The notes under the pieces are model-generated. The model worked only from the letters and a program-made list of their open reading frames with translations, was not told where the DNA came from and ran no database searches. From Malacoraja senta (taxonomy: Eukaryota), in contig JAXLNO010000237.1 of assembly GCA_038087875.1 (NCBI GenBank), forward strand, positions 1 through 64,000: DNA of 64,000 bases, in the 5' to 3' direction. Positions 38,351-50,931 of the stretch are shown one piece after another. Every line of letters starts with the position of its first letter. Position 1 is the stretch's first letter. A program made the translations under genes and the position numbers.

Positions 38351-39514
38351 GCCTCAATGGGTTTGGCTTTCCTGATATATTTCTATGTCCTATTGCTAAA
38401 CAGACGCCAATTGTAAAACCTGGAGCAGTATCCAGCATGAAAACAGAATGTTGGGGGGGGTGATTGTGGCCAGTGTGGGCAAGTTGGGCCGAAGGGCCTG
38501 TTTCCACGCTGTATCACTCTATGACACTATTAGGGGAGCGGGAATAACCTGATATTCATGGATGGTTTCCCAGTGTGATTCCTGGAGCCCACCAGGGAAG
38601 CCAGGCATTCCTGGAGCAGGTCCAATAAGTCTGAAACCGCTTAACAGGATGTTCTCTATCTATCTTCTGCATATGTAACCTACATTTATATTCCTAACTC
38701 TGCCCCAGGCCTCTCACCATTTTTTATCTATGGTCCTGGGGGAGGAGGGAGTAACAGAAGTACAAGAGGTTCACGTTTGGGCCACTGGGTCTCATAACAA
38801 TTGCATCAGAGTGCTTCATGCAGCTCCAACCCTTTAATGGGGTGGAGTAGACTAAACATTCATCGTGTGAAACATTTTGAGATGTTTGGACAATGAAAGA
38901 TTGATGCAAGTGTAATATTTTAAAGAACATTGTGGCTCTCATCCACACAAATGCCCTCAGGCTTAACTGTTTCTCTTTAGAAATCAGACACTATTGCCAA
39001 CTATTCTGCATCCAAAGTACACCTTACAAAACTTGTTTTCTGTACCGAAATGGGAACGAGTTATCCTTCTGATTTCCTACATCCAACAGGCCAATTTATT
39101 GCACCTCTCCAAATCGTTCCCAGAATCTCTGCACTTATTTTTGGAGGTTTGTACAAGTATTAATTATTTTGTCATATTGCATCTGAATGATCAGGTACGC
39201 AAGGAAGCATCATTTTCAGCACAGCTTGAGTGGAATGGCAAATCACCTTTGCATCATGGATTTAGACCCATCGGAGTCACTGACTCAGTTCTCTGGAGCA
39301 GTTTTAGCTTTTCAGATGAGTCAAAGATCTGAAATTGAAATGGAAAACTCTGGAAAAGCTCACCAGGTAGGTGGCATCTGCATGACCCGCTGATATTTTT
39401 CCAGCATTTTAATATTTCAGATTTTCAGCAACGGCAGTTTTTACACGATTTTCAAAGTTCTGAATTTGTCACCATTTCAACCTTTGGGATCCTTCAGGGC
39501 TGAAACATTAGGGC

Positions 39515-39775
39515 GGCAGGGTGGCACAGCTGGTAGAGCTGCTGCCTCACAGCGCCAGGGATCCATGGTCGATCCTGACCTCGGGTGCTGTGCATGTGGT
39601 TTCCACGTTCTCCCAGTGGCTGCGTGGGTTTCCTCCGGGTGCTCTTGTTTCCTCCCACATCCTAAAGATGTGTGGGTTTGTAGGTTAATTAGCCTCTGCA
39701 AACTACCTCTATCTAGTGTGTGGGGAGTGGATGCAAAAGTCGGATAACATGGAACTAGTGTAAACAGTCGATGTG
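39515..39775 (+). mobile_element. tRNA-derived SINE (HE1-like)
   Basis: GGTGGCACAGCTGGTAGAGC head and conserved body. Confidence 0.75.
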
Positions 39776-40729
39776 GTTGTAATTGTAATATAATTATTTC
39801 CCCAATCAACAAGGTGGCCTTAAATGTGGTTTAAAGTCACTATCGAATGTAGCCAGAAATAATCTGATCCAAGGAGAGATAGCTGAATGGATAGAAAATT
39901 GGCTTCATCGAAGGAAGCAGAGCGTGATGGTGGAAGGTTGCTTCTCGGACTGGAGGCCTGTGACTATTGGTGTGCTTTGGGGTTCGGTGCTGGGCCCGTT
40001 ACTGTTTATCATCTATATCAATGATTTGGATGAGAACGCACATAGCAAGATTAGCAAGTTTGCAGATGATACAAAAGTGGGTAGTATTGCAGATAGTGAA
40101 GATGGTTGTGAAAAATTGCAGCAGGATCTTGATTGATTGGCCAGGTGGGATGAGGAATGGTTGAGAAATGTGAGATGTTGCATTTTGGGAAGTCTAATAT
40201 GGGCAGGACCTACACAGTGAATGGAGGGGCTCTGGGGAGTGTTGTAGAGCAGAGGGATCTAGGAGTGCAGGTGCATGGTCCCTTGAATGTCGAGTCGCAG
40301 GTAGATAAGGTGGTCAAAAAGCCTTTTGGCACATTGGCCTTCATCAGTCAGAGTATTGAATATAGAAGTTGGGAGGTCATGTTGCAGTTATATAAGACGT
40401 TGGTGAGGCCACATTTAAAGTATTGTGTTCAATTCTGGGCACAATGTTATAGGGACGATGTTGTCAAGCTGGAAAGGGTACAGAGAAGATTTACAATGAT
40501 GTTGCCAGGACTCAAGGGTCTGTGCTATAGGGAGAGGTTGAGTAAGTTGGGACTCTTCCTTCGAGTGCAGGTGAATGAGAAGTGATCTTTCAGAGGTGTA
40601 TAAAATAATGAGAGGAATAGGTCTGGTAGATGCACAGAGGCTCTTGCCCAGAGTAGGGGAATCGAGGACCAGAGGACATAGCTTTAAGGTGAAGGGGGAA
40701 AGATTTAATAGGAATCTGAGTAGGGTAAC

Positions 40730-40920
40730 TGAAGTGTACGTATGTGCGGGGCTTTGCCAGAGTGTGTGCAAGTGCGGGGTCTCGGGCCGGCAAGGCCTGC
40801 GTAATCAGCGATATTTTCCAGACGCTTTGAAGTTATGTACTACAGAAATGAGTTGCTTAACGCTTAAATAAAGTTTAAGTAAATTACGAGTAGCGTAAAA
40901 GTTTCATTTGCCTCACAACA
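40730..40920 (+). repeat. Gypsy 5' LTR
   Basis: TGAAGTG...CTCACAACA, contains AATAAA; direct repeat of 45446-45607. Confidence 0.95.
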
Positions 40921-40964
40921 ATTTAAGCAACTCAATCTCAGAAGTTAAGCAGTGTGACGTCGAG

Positions 40965-43900
40965 ATGGAGAAACTATTGAAACCACAACGCTTGGATCTG
41001 GATCCCAACTCACCTACTGCTGCAAAGGAATGGAAGCACTGGCTTCGAACACTAAATAACTTCTTTGATGAATGTGGCGACAATGCACCAGACAGCTCTG
41101 TCTCTTATGATGTATATGATTACATAGAGGAATGTACAACTTATGATTCTGCTATTGATGTACTAAGCAGACTCTTCGTTAAGACGCCCAACGTAATATT
41201 TGCTCGACACCTTCTTACTACTCGTAAACAAAAACCTGGTGAGTCACTTGATGAATTTTTACAAGAACTTTAAAGACTTAGTAAAGACTGTGCCTTCGAA
41301 GCAGTTATGGCTGATCAATATCGACAGGAACTTATTCGAGATTCTTTTATCAATGGTTTGGCATCACCTTTAATACAACAGAGACTATTAGAAAACAAAA
41401 CCTTGGATCTACAGTCAGCTTACAATCAAGCTTACTCATTAGACTTGGCTCAGAAAGATTCAGATGCTTATGGCTCATCTAATGTATATTCTACTGCAAC
41501 TACTACAAAAGAATCTCACCCAAGTACTAATATGGAGCAAGTTGAAACAATTTCTACTGATAAATGTGCCCTTGCTGCAGCATATACTTATTCAAAAAGG
41601 AAGTGTCACTTTTGCGGCGGGTAATATTCATAATAGAGAGATATGTCCTGCTCGAGAGGCAACTTGCAATAGTTGTGGCTAGAAGGGACATTATTCTAGA
41701 GTATGCAAGTCCAAAGCAACTACTAAAAGTGTGACTGCAGCCATGTATACGCCTTCTTTATGTGCAATTACAGCTGCATTTATAGCTTATCTCATGCAGC
41801 TACAACGGTATCGATCAATGGCCATACACTTAATGTACTACTTGATTCTGGCAGTTCAGAAAGTTTTATAAGTGAGCAAGTTGTGCCTCGACTAAATCTA
41901 ACTATAATTCCTTCAAATAGAGAAATCTCGATGGCACTGACAACTCTCAATACTCAAATTATTGGATCTTGTATTGTAGACTTTATTCTGAACAAAACTA
42001 GTTATAAACCTGTATGCATTGGTATTTTGAAAAATTTGTGTAGCGATATAATTCTAGGTCATGATTTTCAGAAACAGCACAGATCACTTCAAATAATGTA
42101 TGAAGGAATTATGCCTGATTTTGTATTGTCAAAGCCACCAGTATTGTGTGTTTTTTCTGCTGCGTCTGTTGAATGTCCTTCATTATTCACTAATTTATCC
42201 TCCGTGCAAGTCAATTGCCACAAAATCAAGACATTTTAATAAAGATGACAGAAACATTACCAACACAGAAGTAACTAATCTTTTACGAGAAGACATCATA
42301 GAACCCAGCTCTTCCCCTTGGAGGGCACAAGTTGTCGTGGTTAAGGACCCCTTGGAGAGTCATAGAAAGAGACTCTGCATTGATTACTCCCAAACTATAA
42401 ACCAGTTCACGGAGCTTGATGCATATCCATTACATCGTATAGAAGAGATTATCAATACATTATCTAAGTATAAGATATTCTCTACTTTTGACCTAAAAAG
42501 TGCTTACTACCAAATTCCTTTGAAAGAATCAGAGAAGAAATACACTGCGTTTGAAGCAAATGGGAAATTATACCACTACTGCAGAGTTCCTTTTGGTGTA
42601 ACTAATGGTGTGGCTGTTTTTCAGAGAGAGAGAGATGGACACACTTGTTGAACAGGAAAACCTTAAAGATACTTTCCATTATCTTGATAATATAACTATT
42701 GCAGGAAAAGACCAAGCTGAACATGATGAAAATGTACAACGGTTTTTAGATGTTGTACATTCTAAAAATCTAACATTAAATGAGGCAAAGTCAATAACAT
42801 CAGTATCATCAAATAATATTCTTGGCTATTTGGTTGGAAATGGTATAATCAAGCCTGATCCAGAAAGACTCCGCCCACTCCAAGAGATACCTGTTCCAGC
42901 TGCATTAAACTCTCTACAAAGGGTTCTTGGTATGTTTGCATATTATGCTAAATGGATACCAAATTTTTCTGACAAAATTCAACCTTTGATTAGAGCAAAA
43001 TCTTTTCCTCTTGACTCTACAACAATTGGTGCCTTTACTTCTTTTAAGAAACAATTGGAATCTGCGACATTACATGCCATCGATGAGGATCTCCCCTTTG
43101 TTGTTGAATGTGATGCCGCTGATTTAGCAATATCAGCAACATTAAATCAAGGAGGACGACCAGTGGCTTTCATGTCTCGTACTCTCCAAAGTAGTAAATT
43201 GCACTACCCACCTGTTAAAAAGGAAGCTACAGCAATTATTGAAGCAGTTGAGTAATTGAGTAGTTTCCTTGCTCGCCAGCACTTCACTTTGATAACAGAT
43301 CAGCATTCAGTAGCTTTTATGCTGGATAATCAGAAACGAATGAAGATTAAAAACGGTAAAATTTATGAAAGGAGGATTGAATTATCTGCATATAGTCATT
43401 CAATTGAGTACCGCCCTGGTAAGGATAATGTTGCTCCAGATACATTAACTCGAGCATTTTGTGCCTCTGTTCATTCTTCTGCACTCACTGATCTTCACAA
43501 TGGGCTGTGTCATCCTGGAGTCAATTGTATGTTACACTATGTTCGTTCCAAAAACTTACCTTTCTCTACAGAAGATGTGAAGATGGCGTGTGCTTCATGT
43601 AGAATTTGTGCTGAATTAAAACCAAGGTTCTTCCGTCCTGAAGAAGAAAGATTGATCAAAGCTACTCAACCTATGGAACGTTTGAGTATTGACTTCAAAG
43701 GGCCTTTACCATCCTCCTCTCGAAATGTTTATATACTTACCATAGTTGATGAATATCCAAGGTTTCCATTTGCCTTTCCTAGTCCAAATATGTCAGCTGC
43801 TACGGTTATCAAATGTTTAGATCAACTGTTTTCATTCTGTGGATTTCCAAGTTACATGTATTCTGGTAGGGACACCTCATTCATGTCAAAAGATTTAAAG

Positions 43901-45431
43901 GACTACCTTTCTAATAGAGGAATTGCAACAAAAACAACACCATATCATCCTATTGGAAATGGTCAGTTTGAGAGGTATAACGGAATCATTTGGAAAGCAG
44001 TGAAACTGGCTTTAAAGTCGAATGACATACCAGATCAGCAGTGGGAATGTGTTCTACCAGATGCTTTACACTCCATCTCTACTGTCAACTGCTACCAATA
44101 CTACTCCACATGAGCGGTTCTTTAACTTCAAACGGCGTTCTTCTAGTGGTACTTAGTGGGCAAATGTGGGCAAATGTTTGGCAGATGCAGTATAATGTGC
44201 ATAAATGTGAGGTTATCCACTTTGGTGGCAAAAACGGGAAGGCAGACTATTATCTAAATGTTGGCCAATTAGGAAAAGGGGAGATGCAGCGAGACCTGGG
44301 TGTCATGGTACACCAGTCATTGAAAGTAGGCATGCAGGTGCAGCAGGCAGTGAAGAAAGCGAATGGTATGTTGGCCTTCATAGCAAGAGGATTTGAGTAT
44401 AGGAGCAGGGAGGTTCTACTGCAGTTGTACAGGGTCTTGGTGAGACCACACCTGGAGTATTGCGTACAGTTTTGGTCTCCAAATCTGAGGAACGACATTA
44501 TAGCCATAGAGGGAGCGCAGAGAAGGTTCACCAGACTGATTCCTGGGATGTCAAGACTTTCATATGAAGAAAGACTGGATAGACTTGGCTTATACTCGCT
44601 AGAATTTAGGAGATTGAGAGGGGATCTTATAGAAACGTACAAAATTCTTATGGGGTTGGACAGGCTAGATGCAGGAAGATTGTTCCCGATGTTGGGGAAG
44701 TCCAGGACAAGGGGTCACAGCTTAAGGATAAGGGGGAAATCCTTTAAGACCGAGATGAGGAAAAACATTTTCACACAGAGAGTGGTGAATCTCTGGAACT
44801 CTCTGCCACAGAGGGTAGTTGAGGCCAGTTCATTGGCTATATTTAAGAGGGAGTTAGATGTGGCCCTTGTGGCTAAGGGGATCAGGGGATCAGAGAAGGC
44901 AGGTACGGGATACTGAGTTGGATGATCAGCCATGATCATATTGAATGGCGGTGCAGGCTCGAAGGGCCGAATGGCCTACTCCTGCACCTATTTTCTATGT
45001 TTCTATGTTTCTATGTTTACTTCTCTGCCATCATGGTTGACTAGCCCTGGGCCTGTTTTGCTTCGTCGGTATGTCCGATCAAATAAGAATGAGCCTTTTG
45101 TTGATGAAGTTGAATTGACTGATGTCAACCCTTCTTATGCAACTATCAAGTATCAGGATGGACGTCAGTCAACTGTCTCACCGTGACCTTGCACCATGTC
45201 TGTCTTCTCCATCAGCTCCATCACTTTTTGATAATATTAATCGAGAACTTCCTTCAACACTCCCATCATCCCCTATGGAAACTTTTATAAGTAATTCTAA
45301 AATTGAAAATGTAAATAACAATATGAGTGATGTTGATGACCAAGCAATATATGTACCACCAGCTATTGAAACACCATTATCTCCTGATGCTCCAGTGCTG
45401 TACTAAACCTCCTGACCGTCTCAACTTATAA
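40965..45431 (+). pseudogene. Gypsy gag-pol with stops and frameshifts, interrupted by CR1
   Basis: MEKLLKPQRLDLDP start; double zinc knuckle CHFCGG..H..CPA...CNSC...GH...C; protease LLDSGS; RT SSSPW, LCIDY, FDLKSAY, YLDN; RNase H ECDA; integrase HPG..C..C, SIDFKGP, NGQFER; ends KPPDRLNL*. Confidence 0.9.
44155..45017 (+). mobile_element. Young CR1 LINE 3' portion inserted in the Gypsy integrase
   Basis: Open ORF2 C-terminus to 44916 (WQMQYNVHKC, LVRPHLEYCVQFWSP, TRGHSL); (TTTCTATG)n tail; TACTT duplicated; removing it restores integrase RRSSSGTSLPSW. Confidence 0.92.
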
Positions 45432-45445
45432 ATAAGAGGGGAGAA

Positions 45446-45607
45446 TGAAGTGGGCGAATGTGCGGGGTCTCGGGCCTCGAGGCCTGCGGAATCAACGATA
45501 TTTTCCAGACGCTTTGAAGTTATGTAGTACAGAAATGAGTTGCTTAAAGCTTAAATAAAGTTTAAATAAATTACGAGTAGCGTAAAAGTTTCATTTGCCT
45601 CACAACA
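45446..45607 (+). repeat. Gypsy 3' LTR
   Basis: Follows the PPT; ends CACAACA then TSD GTAAC. Confidence 0.95.
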
Positions 45608-46320
45608 GTAACTTTTTCACACGAAGGGTGATGAGTGTATGGAACGAGCTGCCGGATGAGGTAGTTGAGGCAGGGACTATCACAATGTTTAAAAAACAGT
45701 TAGACAGGTACATGGATAGGACAGGTTTGGAGGGATACGGGCCAAATGCAGGCAGGAAAGACTAGTGTAGCTGGGACATGTTGGACGGTGTGGGCAAGTT
45801 GGACCGAAGAGGCTGTTTCCACAAGACCCTGTGACTCTAATCTCTGAGAAAGCTCATCAATGTTATTACAAACAAATTCTGAAAGTTGAATGTCCACAGT
45901 CTGTGCACAGTGTGCTTTCTCTCTACTCTCCCTCAATGTGCTCCAGCTGTGACTCCTTCTACCTCAAGGTTTTGCCTAAGTTGTAGCAGTTTGTGATTTA
46001 GCAGTGCTTATGTTACACTGTTTGCTTCTACACGTTCTACAGCGATTATAACATTTTTCAAATGACTGATAAATATGCTCAGCATCAATCTATTTTCTGT
46101 TGATATGAGATTTGGGACAAAGATTCAGGCTGAAGATATTTGACAGTTTGGCCCCTCTGTGACGTTCGTTATTATGCTCTACATTCATTCACAAATTAGC
46201 CTAGAGAGAGAAACCATCGCTGGAGTGAGCTACTCATACTTTATAATTGTTCATCAGTAAATCCTCAAATGCTGAAATTACCTCGTTTAACTCTGAAGGG
46301 AGAATGGTTCATACGTTTTT

Positions 46321-49066
46321 TTTTTGTTTGTTTTTTTGAAAATATTTTTTATTGGAGATAAGTACATAACCTATTAACATCATTACAGTCTTACATTTTT
46401 AAATTGATAATATTATCAATTATTATTACATTGTCTCCAATACCATTTGCCTTTTTTATTTTATTTTAAACTAGATAGAACTAAAAAGATAGATGAAGTA
46501 AAGAAAGAAAAGAAAGAGAAGAAAAAGAGAGAAAGAAAAAAAAAACACAAAAAAAAAGAGAAAGATAGTTAAAGAAGAGTGGAAAAATTTATTAAAATTA
46601 AAAACTTCATTCGAGATATATTCGTACATTTCAGAATATAGCATTTCATCAATTTTTTAGCCCGAGCATTAGTCAGGTTCCCGTGCTGAACCATTCTGAC
46701 CCTTTAAATAATCAATAAAGGGAGACCATGTTCCAACGAATACTTCCTGTTTGTCCAACAGGGAAAATCTGATTCTTTCCACGTTTAAGGTCTCCGTCAT
46801 TTCTATAATCCACATTTTGATTGTGGGGGCCGTAGGGCCTTTCCAAAATTTTAGAATTAATTTTTTTCCTGTTATTATACTATAATCAATAAAGTTTATT
46901 TGTGTTGTTGTAAATGTTTGATTTAATTCTGATGTTCCAAGTATTATAAATTTTGGATCCGGGTCCACTTGTGTGCTGGTCACTTTAGATATTATACTAA
47001 AAATATTTACCCAGAATTTTTTAATTTTTGTACAGTTTGCAAACATATGAGATAAGGTGGCTTCTAAATGTTGACATTTATCACATATAGGTGAGATATG
47101 TTGAAAGATTTTATGTAATTTTGTTTTTGAATAATGTAATCTATGTATTACTTTAAATTGTATTAAAGAATGTCTGGCATTTAATGAACATTGATGTATA
47201 TGTTGTAAACTTTTTTCCCAAGTATCTTTCGTTATTATTTGATTTAATTCTTTTTCCCATGTTTGTCTGTGTAAGTCCGTCGATGGAATGTCACTGTCTA
47301 ATAAGATATTATATATAGAAGATATTAATTTTTCTGTATTAGGATGTTTATTCCAACATTCGTCAAGAATTTCTGAATTTCTAATTCGAAAGTTTTGAGT
47401 ATTCGATTTTACATAATCTCTGAGTTGAAGATATCTGAAATAATCATTTCCTCGAAGTCCATAAGTCTGTTGCAACTCCTGAAATGTCAGAAAAGTGCCT
47501 TCCTTATAAAGTTGTCCCATATTTTTAATTCCATAATTCTTCCATTGTGTAAAACCCCTGTCCAACCATGAGGGTTTAAACAAAGGGTTATTCACAATTG
47601 GGAGAAAAAGTGATAAATTATCTAATTTTAATGTCTTTTTTAATTGTTTCCAAATTCGTATGGCACTAAATATTATAGGGTTTTCCCTATAACTTTTTTT
47701 GTTTCATTTAGATGTAGCAAATAATATCGAACCGATATCAAAAGGCAAACAATCTTCCTTTTCCATTTTTAACCAATCTGGTTGTTGTTCTATTTCTTCC
47801 AACCAGAAATTCATATTTTTAATATTAACTGCCCAAAAATAAAACAGAAAGTTGGGTAAAACCAAACCTCCATTTATTTTTGATTTACACAAATGTCTTT
47901 TGTTTATCCTATGATTCTTATAATCCCAGATAAAATCATTAACAATAGAGTCCAATTTAAAAAAAAAGTTTTTTGACAAATATATCGGAATTGTCTGAAA
48001 AAGGTATAATATTTGCGTTAAAAAATCATTTTTATGGCATTAATTTTGCCAATCATTGAGATAGGAAGTGTTTTCCAGTATTGAATATTCTTATGTAGTT
48101 TATTCAGTAGTGGGGGAAAATTTGCTTTAAATAATGATGTATATATCTTAGTTACATAGATACCTAGGTATTTAAATTTTTCGTTTACTATTTTAAATGG
48201 AAATTGTTGTATTATGTGTTTGTTATGTTCCCTTATTGGCATAATTTCACTTTTATTCCAATTTATTCTGTATCCTGAGAGTGAACCAAATTGGGTTATT
48301 AGCTCTAATAAGTTTGGAATACTAATTTCTGGTTTTGTAATGTAAATTAGTACATCATCTGCGTATAGAGAAATGTTATTCACTGTGTCCTTTGTGATAT
48401 ACCCATATATTTCCGGATGACCCCTAACTCTTTCTGCAAGTGGCTCAATAGCTAAAGCAAATAATAATGGAGATAACGGGCATCCTTGTCTACAACCTCT
48501 AGATAGGTTGAATTTTGATGACAACCTTTGATTTGTTAATATTCTAGCCGTAGGATTTGTATATAACAGTTTTATCCATGTACAGAATTTCTCCCCTAGT
48601 TGCATATTTTCCATCACTGAAAATAAATAAGACCATTCAACCTGATCAAATGCTTTTTCAGCATCAAGTGAGATTATTGCTAGATCTTCATTAATAATTC
48701 TCTTAGAATAAATAATATTAAATAATCTTCTTAGATTATAATATGAGTACCGTTTCTGAATAAAGCCTGTTTGGTCAGGGTGTATTATTTTATTCATCAC
48801 TGTACTTAATCTATGCGCTAGTATTTTAGTTAATATTTTCTGATCTGTATTTAAAAGTGCAATTGCTCTATATGATCCCGGATCTTCCGGATCTTTATCA
48901 GCTTTAGGAATAAGTGTTATTATAGATTCATTTAAAGTATCTGGGAGTTTCTGTTGAGTATAGATATGCTCATACAGCCTTTGTAAACGAGGGCGTAGCA
49001 AGTCATAAAATTTTTTATAAAATTCAGAGCCTAAACCATCTGGTCCTACATAAAAAATGGTAAAGC
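46321..49066 (-). mobile_element. 5'-truncated L1-clade LINE
   Basis: Poly(T) at left end, AATAAA on the minus strand, 15-bp TSD GGTTCATACGTTTTT (46306-46320 and 49067-49081), AT-rich ORF2. Confidence 0.92.
46669..49050 (-). pseudogene. L1 ORF2 (RT and C-terminal zinc knuckle), frameshifted
   Basis: GPDG, SYRAIALLN, LDAEKAFD, RGCRQGCPLSPLLF, LYADD, YLG; CDKC..HMFANC; breaks near A runs at about 47960-48020. Confidence 0.9.
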
Positions 49067-49077
49067 GGTTCATACGT

Positions 49078-49284
49078 TTTTAAGAAGGAACTGTAGATGC
49101 TGGAAAATCGAAGGTAGACAAATGTGCTGGAGAAACTCAGCGGGTGCAGCAGCATCTATGGAGTGAAGGAAATAGGCAACGTTTCGGGTCTGAAGAAGGG
49201 TTTTAGCCCGAAACGTTGCCTATTTCCTTCGCTCCATAGATGCTGCTGCACCCGCTGAGTTTCTCCAGCACTTTTGTCTACCTT
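49078..49284. mobile_element. Penelope-derived hairpin element
   Basis: Inverted arms AAGGTAGACAAA..CGTTTCGGG / CCCGAAACG..TTTGTCTACCTT. Confidence 0.85.
49186..49220 (+). ncRNA. Minimal type I hammerhead-ribozyme-like motif
   Basis: GGGU-CUGAAGA-A-GGGUU-UU-AGCCC-GAAA-CG-UU-GCC: both conserved core boxes, stem II, palindromic ACGU stem III, NUH triplet; activity untested. Confidence 0.6.
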
Positions 49285-50931
49285 ATGGTTCATGGGTTCA
49301 GGTTCATTAGTGATAGGAACAAAATTAGGCCATTCGGCCCATCAAGTCTACTCTGCCATTCAATCATGACTATCTTTCCCTCTTAACCCCATTCCCCTGC
49401 CTTCTCCCCATAACCCCTGACACCCGTACTAATCAATGGAAACATTGTGGGATTGATTAAAAGTGGGTAATGAACAGATTGATTGTTCAGGCCTCCTACT
49501 AAGTGCAATCGGATCCATGATGATTTCTTGAGAACATCTTCTGAAAAAGAAAAAGTAACCTTCCTGAGGTGAACGACTTGCCTACTTGGATTGAGATTGG
49601 GAGGGAGAAAGAAGGCGGTGAGATCAGAGTGGGTGTGGCCCAATTCCATGCCACGCCACTCCCCTCCTCCACCTCCAGGCTTCTGAAAGTTTAAAATAGA
49701 AAATCCCAGTTGGCTTTTAAGTTTGGAACAAAAATAAATTGCATATTTCAGATGTTGGTTAAGGAACCACAAGAGAATTTTATGGAATCGCAGTGTAATG
49801 TCAAATCAATGAAAGATATAAGGCAACAAAAGAAATGTTGTAAAACTTGCAAGACCATAAAAGATGCTGTATAAATGATTTTTTTTCCTTTTACTTCAGA
49901 GCAAAGTGCTTACAGTTTGCTCCATGGAGTGATGGCTGTCTTTGAAGTTAGCAAGCAGTATTACAATCTGCCTTGGGGGAAAAAGGGCAGTGGAAATTTG
50001 TTTACATAACCCCAAAAGGAATGGTGCAATGCTGATGAAAATTACCATTACCCAGATACATTTCTTTATACATTTCAAGGATTCTTCATGCCTGTCGGGA
50101 AATTCACCTCAGATTTGCTGTTATTATTGTTTGTTTTAGCACTTTTATTCCCATCCTTGCCCTCAACCCCAAATGATGTCAATGATAGCACAGCAGCGAA
50201 AATTCACCAGTTACAATCTTTTCAGCTAACTACTTTAAAAAGTATCAGTTTTATTTACTCACAGAATAACCACATTTTATTATCCCCTTCTCAGTGGAAC
50301 TGTGTTATTTAAAGGGCCAATACAAACATTATTCTTTGTCTGCGTTAAGGTCTGTGACTTCCTGAAATCTCAAATACAACCTTGTGTGTAGACTTTGATT
50401 GTTTTACCCATGGAGGTAAGAAACGCAGTTATTCTCAGCTTCCTAAATGACCTATTCACTTCCGTCTGAGACTTTGACAACACTCTCCCACTTTCTGCCC
50501 TGCCCCAATCTCCAACCCTACCCCTCCACCAATTTAACTTGAGTATCCAATTATTCATTAGTCAAATTTAACTGGAAGAATGGTACATTTTTTTTCACAG
50601 CTTCTTGAGTAGATCAATAATGTTGGTCTACTTGCTGATAACTATTAGAACTTGCCAACAGGAAACACTATGCACATGCCACTGTGTGTTGTCGTGCGCT
50701 TTGCATAGGGGAACATTGAACCGATGGCTGTGGGTCTCCACTTATGCTGTGTGCCCTGGGGATTCTCACACACCGCTGTGGTGGCTGTTTAAGTCTTTGC
50801 TTAATCTATATGTAGCTACAATATGCATCTTGTTGCTTTTTTTGTATTATTCAATGGCAAATCAAATTTCACTGAACCTCGGTACACATGACAATAAAGT
50901 ACCATTGAACCATTGAAAACACTCTTCGTAA

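Larger units (their letters stand above)
40730..45607 (+). mobile_element. Complete but degenerate Ty3/Gypsy LTR retrotransposon (Mag-like)
   Basis: Two TG..CA LTRs (40730-40920 and 45446-45607), 5-bp TSD GTAAC, PPT AAGAGGGGAGAA, domain order gag-PR-RT-RH-IN. Confidence 0.95.
39870..45840 (+). mobile_element. CR1 LINE (39870-40729 and 45613-45840) split by a Gypsy insertion
   Basis: RT motifs GSVLGPLLF, KFADDTK, YKTLVRPHL; sequence resumes in register after the Gypsy (GGGTAAC|TTTTTCACAC) and runs to the 3' UTR. Confidence 0.9.

Noticed and set aside
44041..44916. 291-aa ORF as a novel fusion gene
   Set aside because: Chance read-through from out-of-frame Gypsy integrase sequence into an inserted CR1 ORF2 fragment
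49383..49772. 129-aa minus-strand ORF with an acceptor-like site near 49542
   Set aside because: No recognisable protein, no clear donor, and it runs into a CR1 tail
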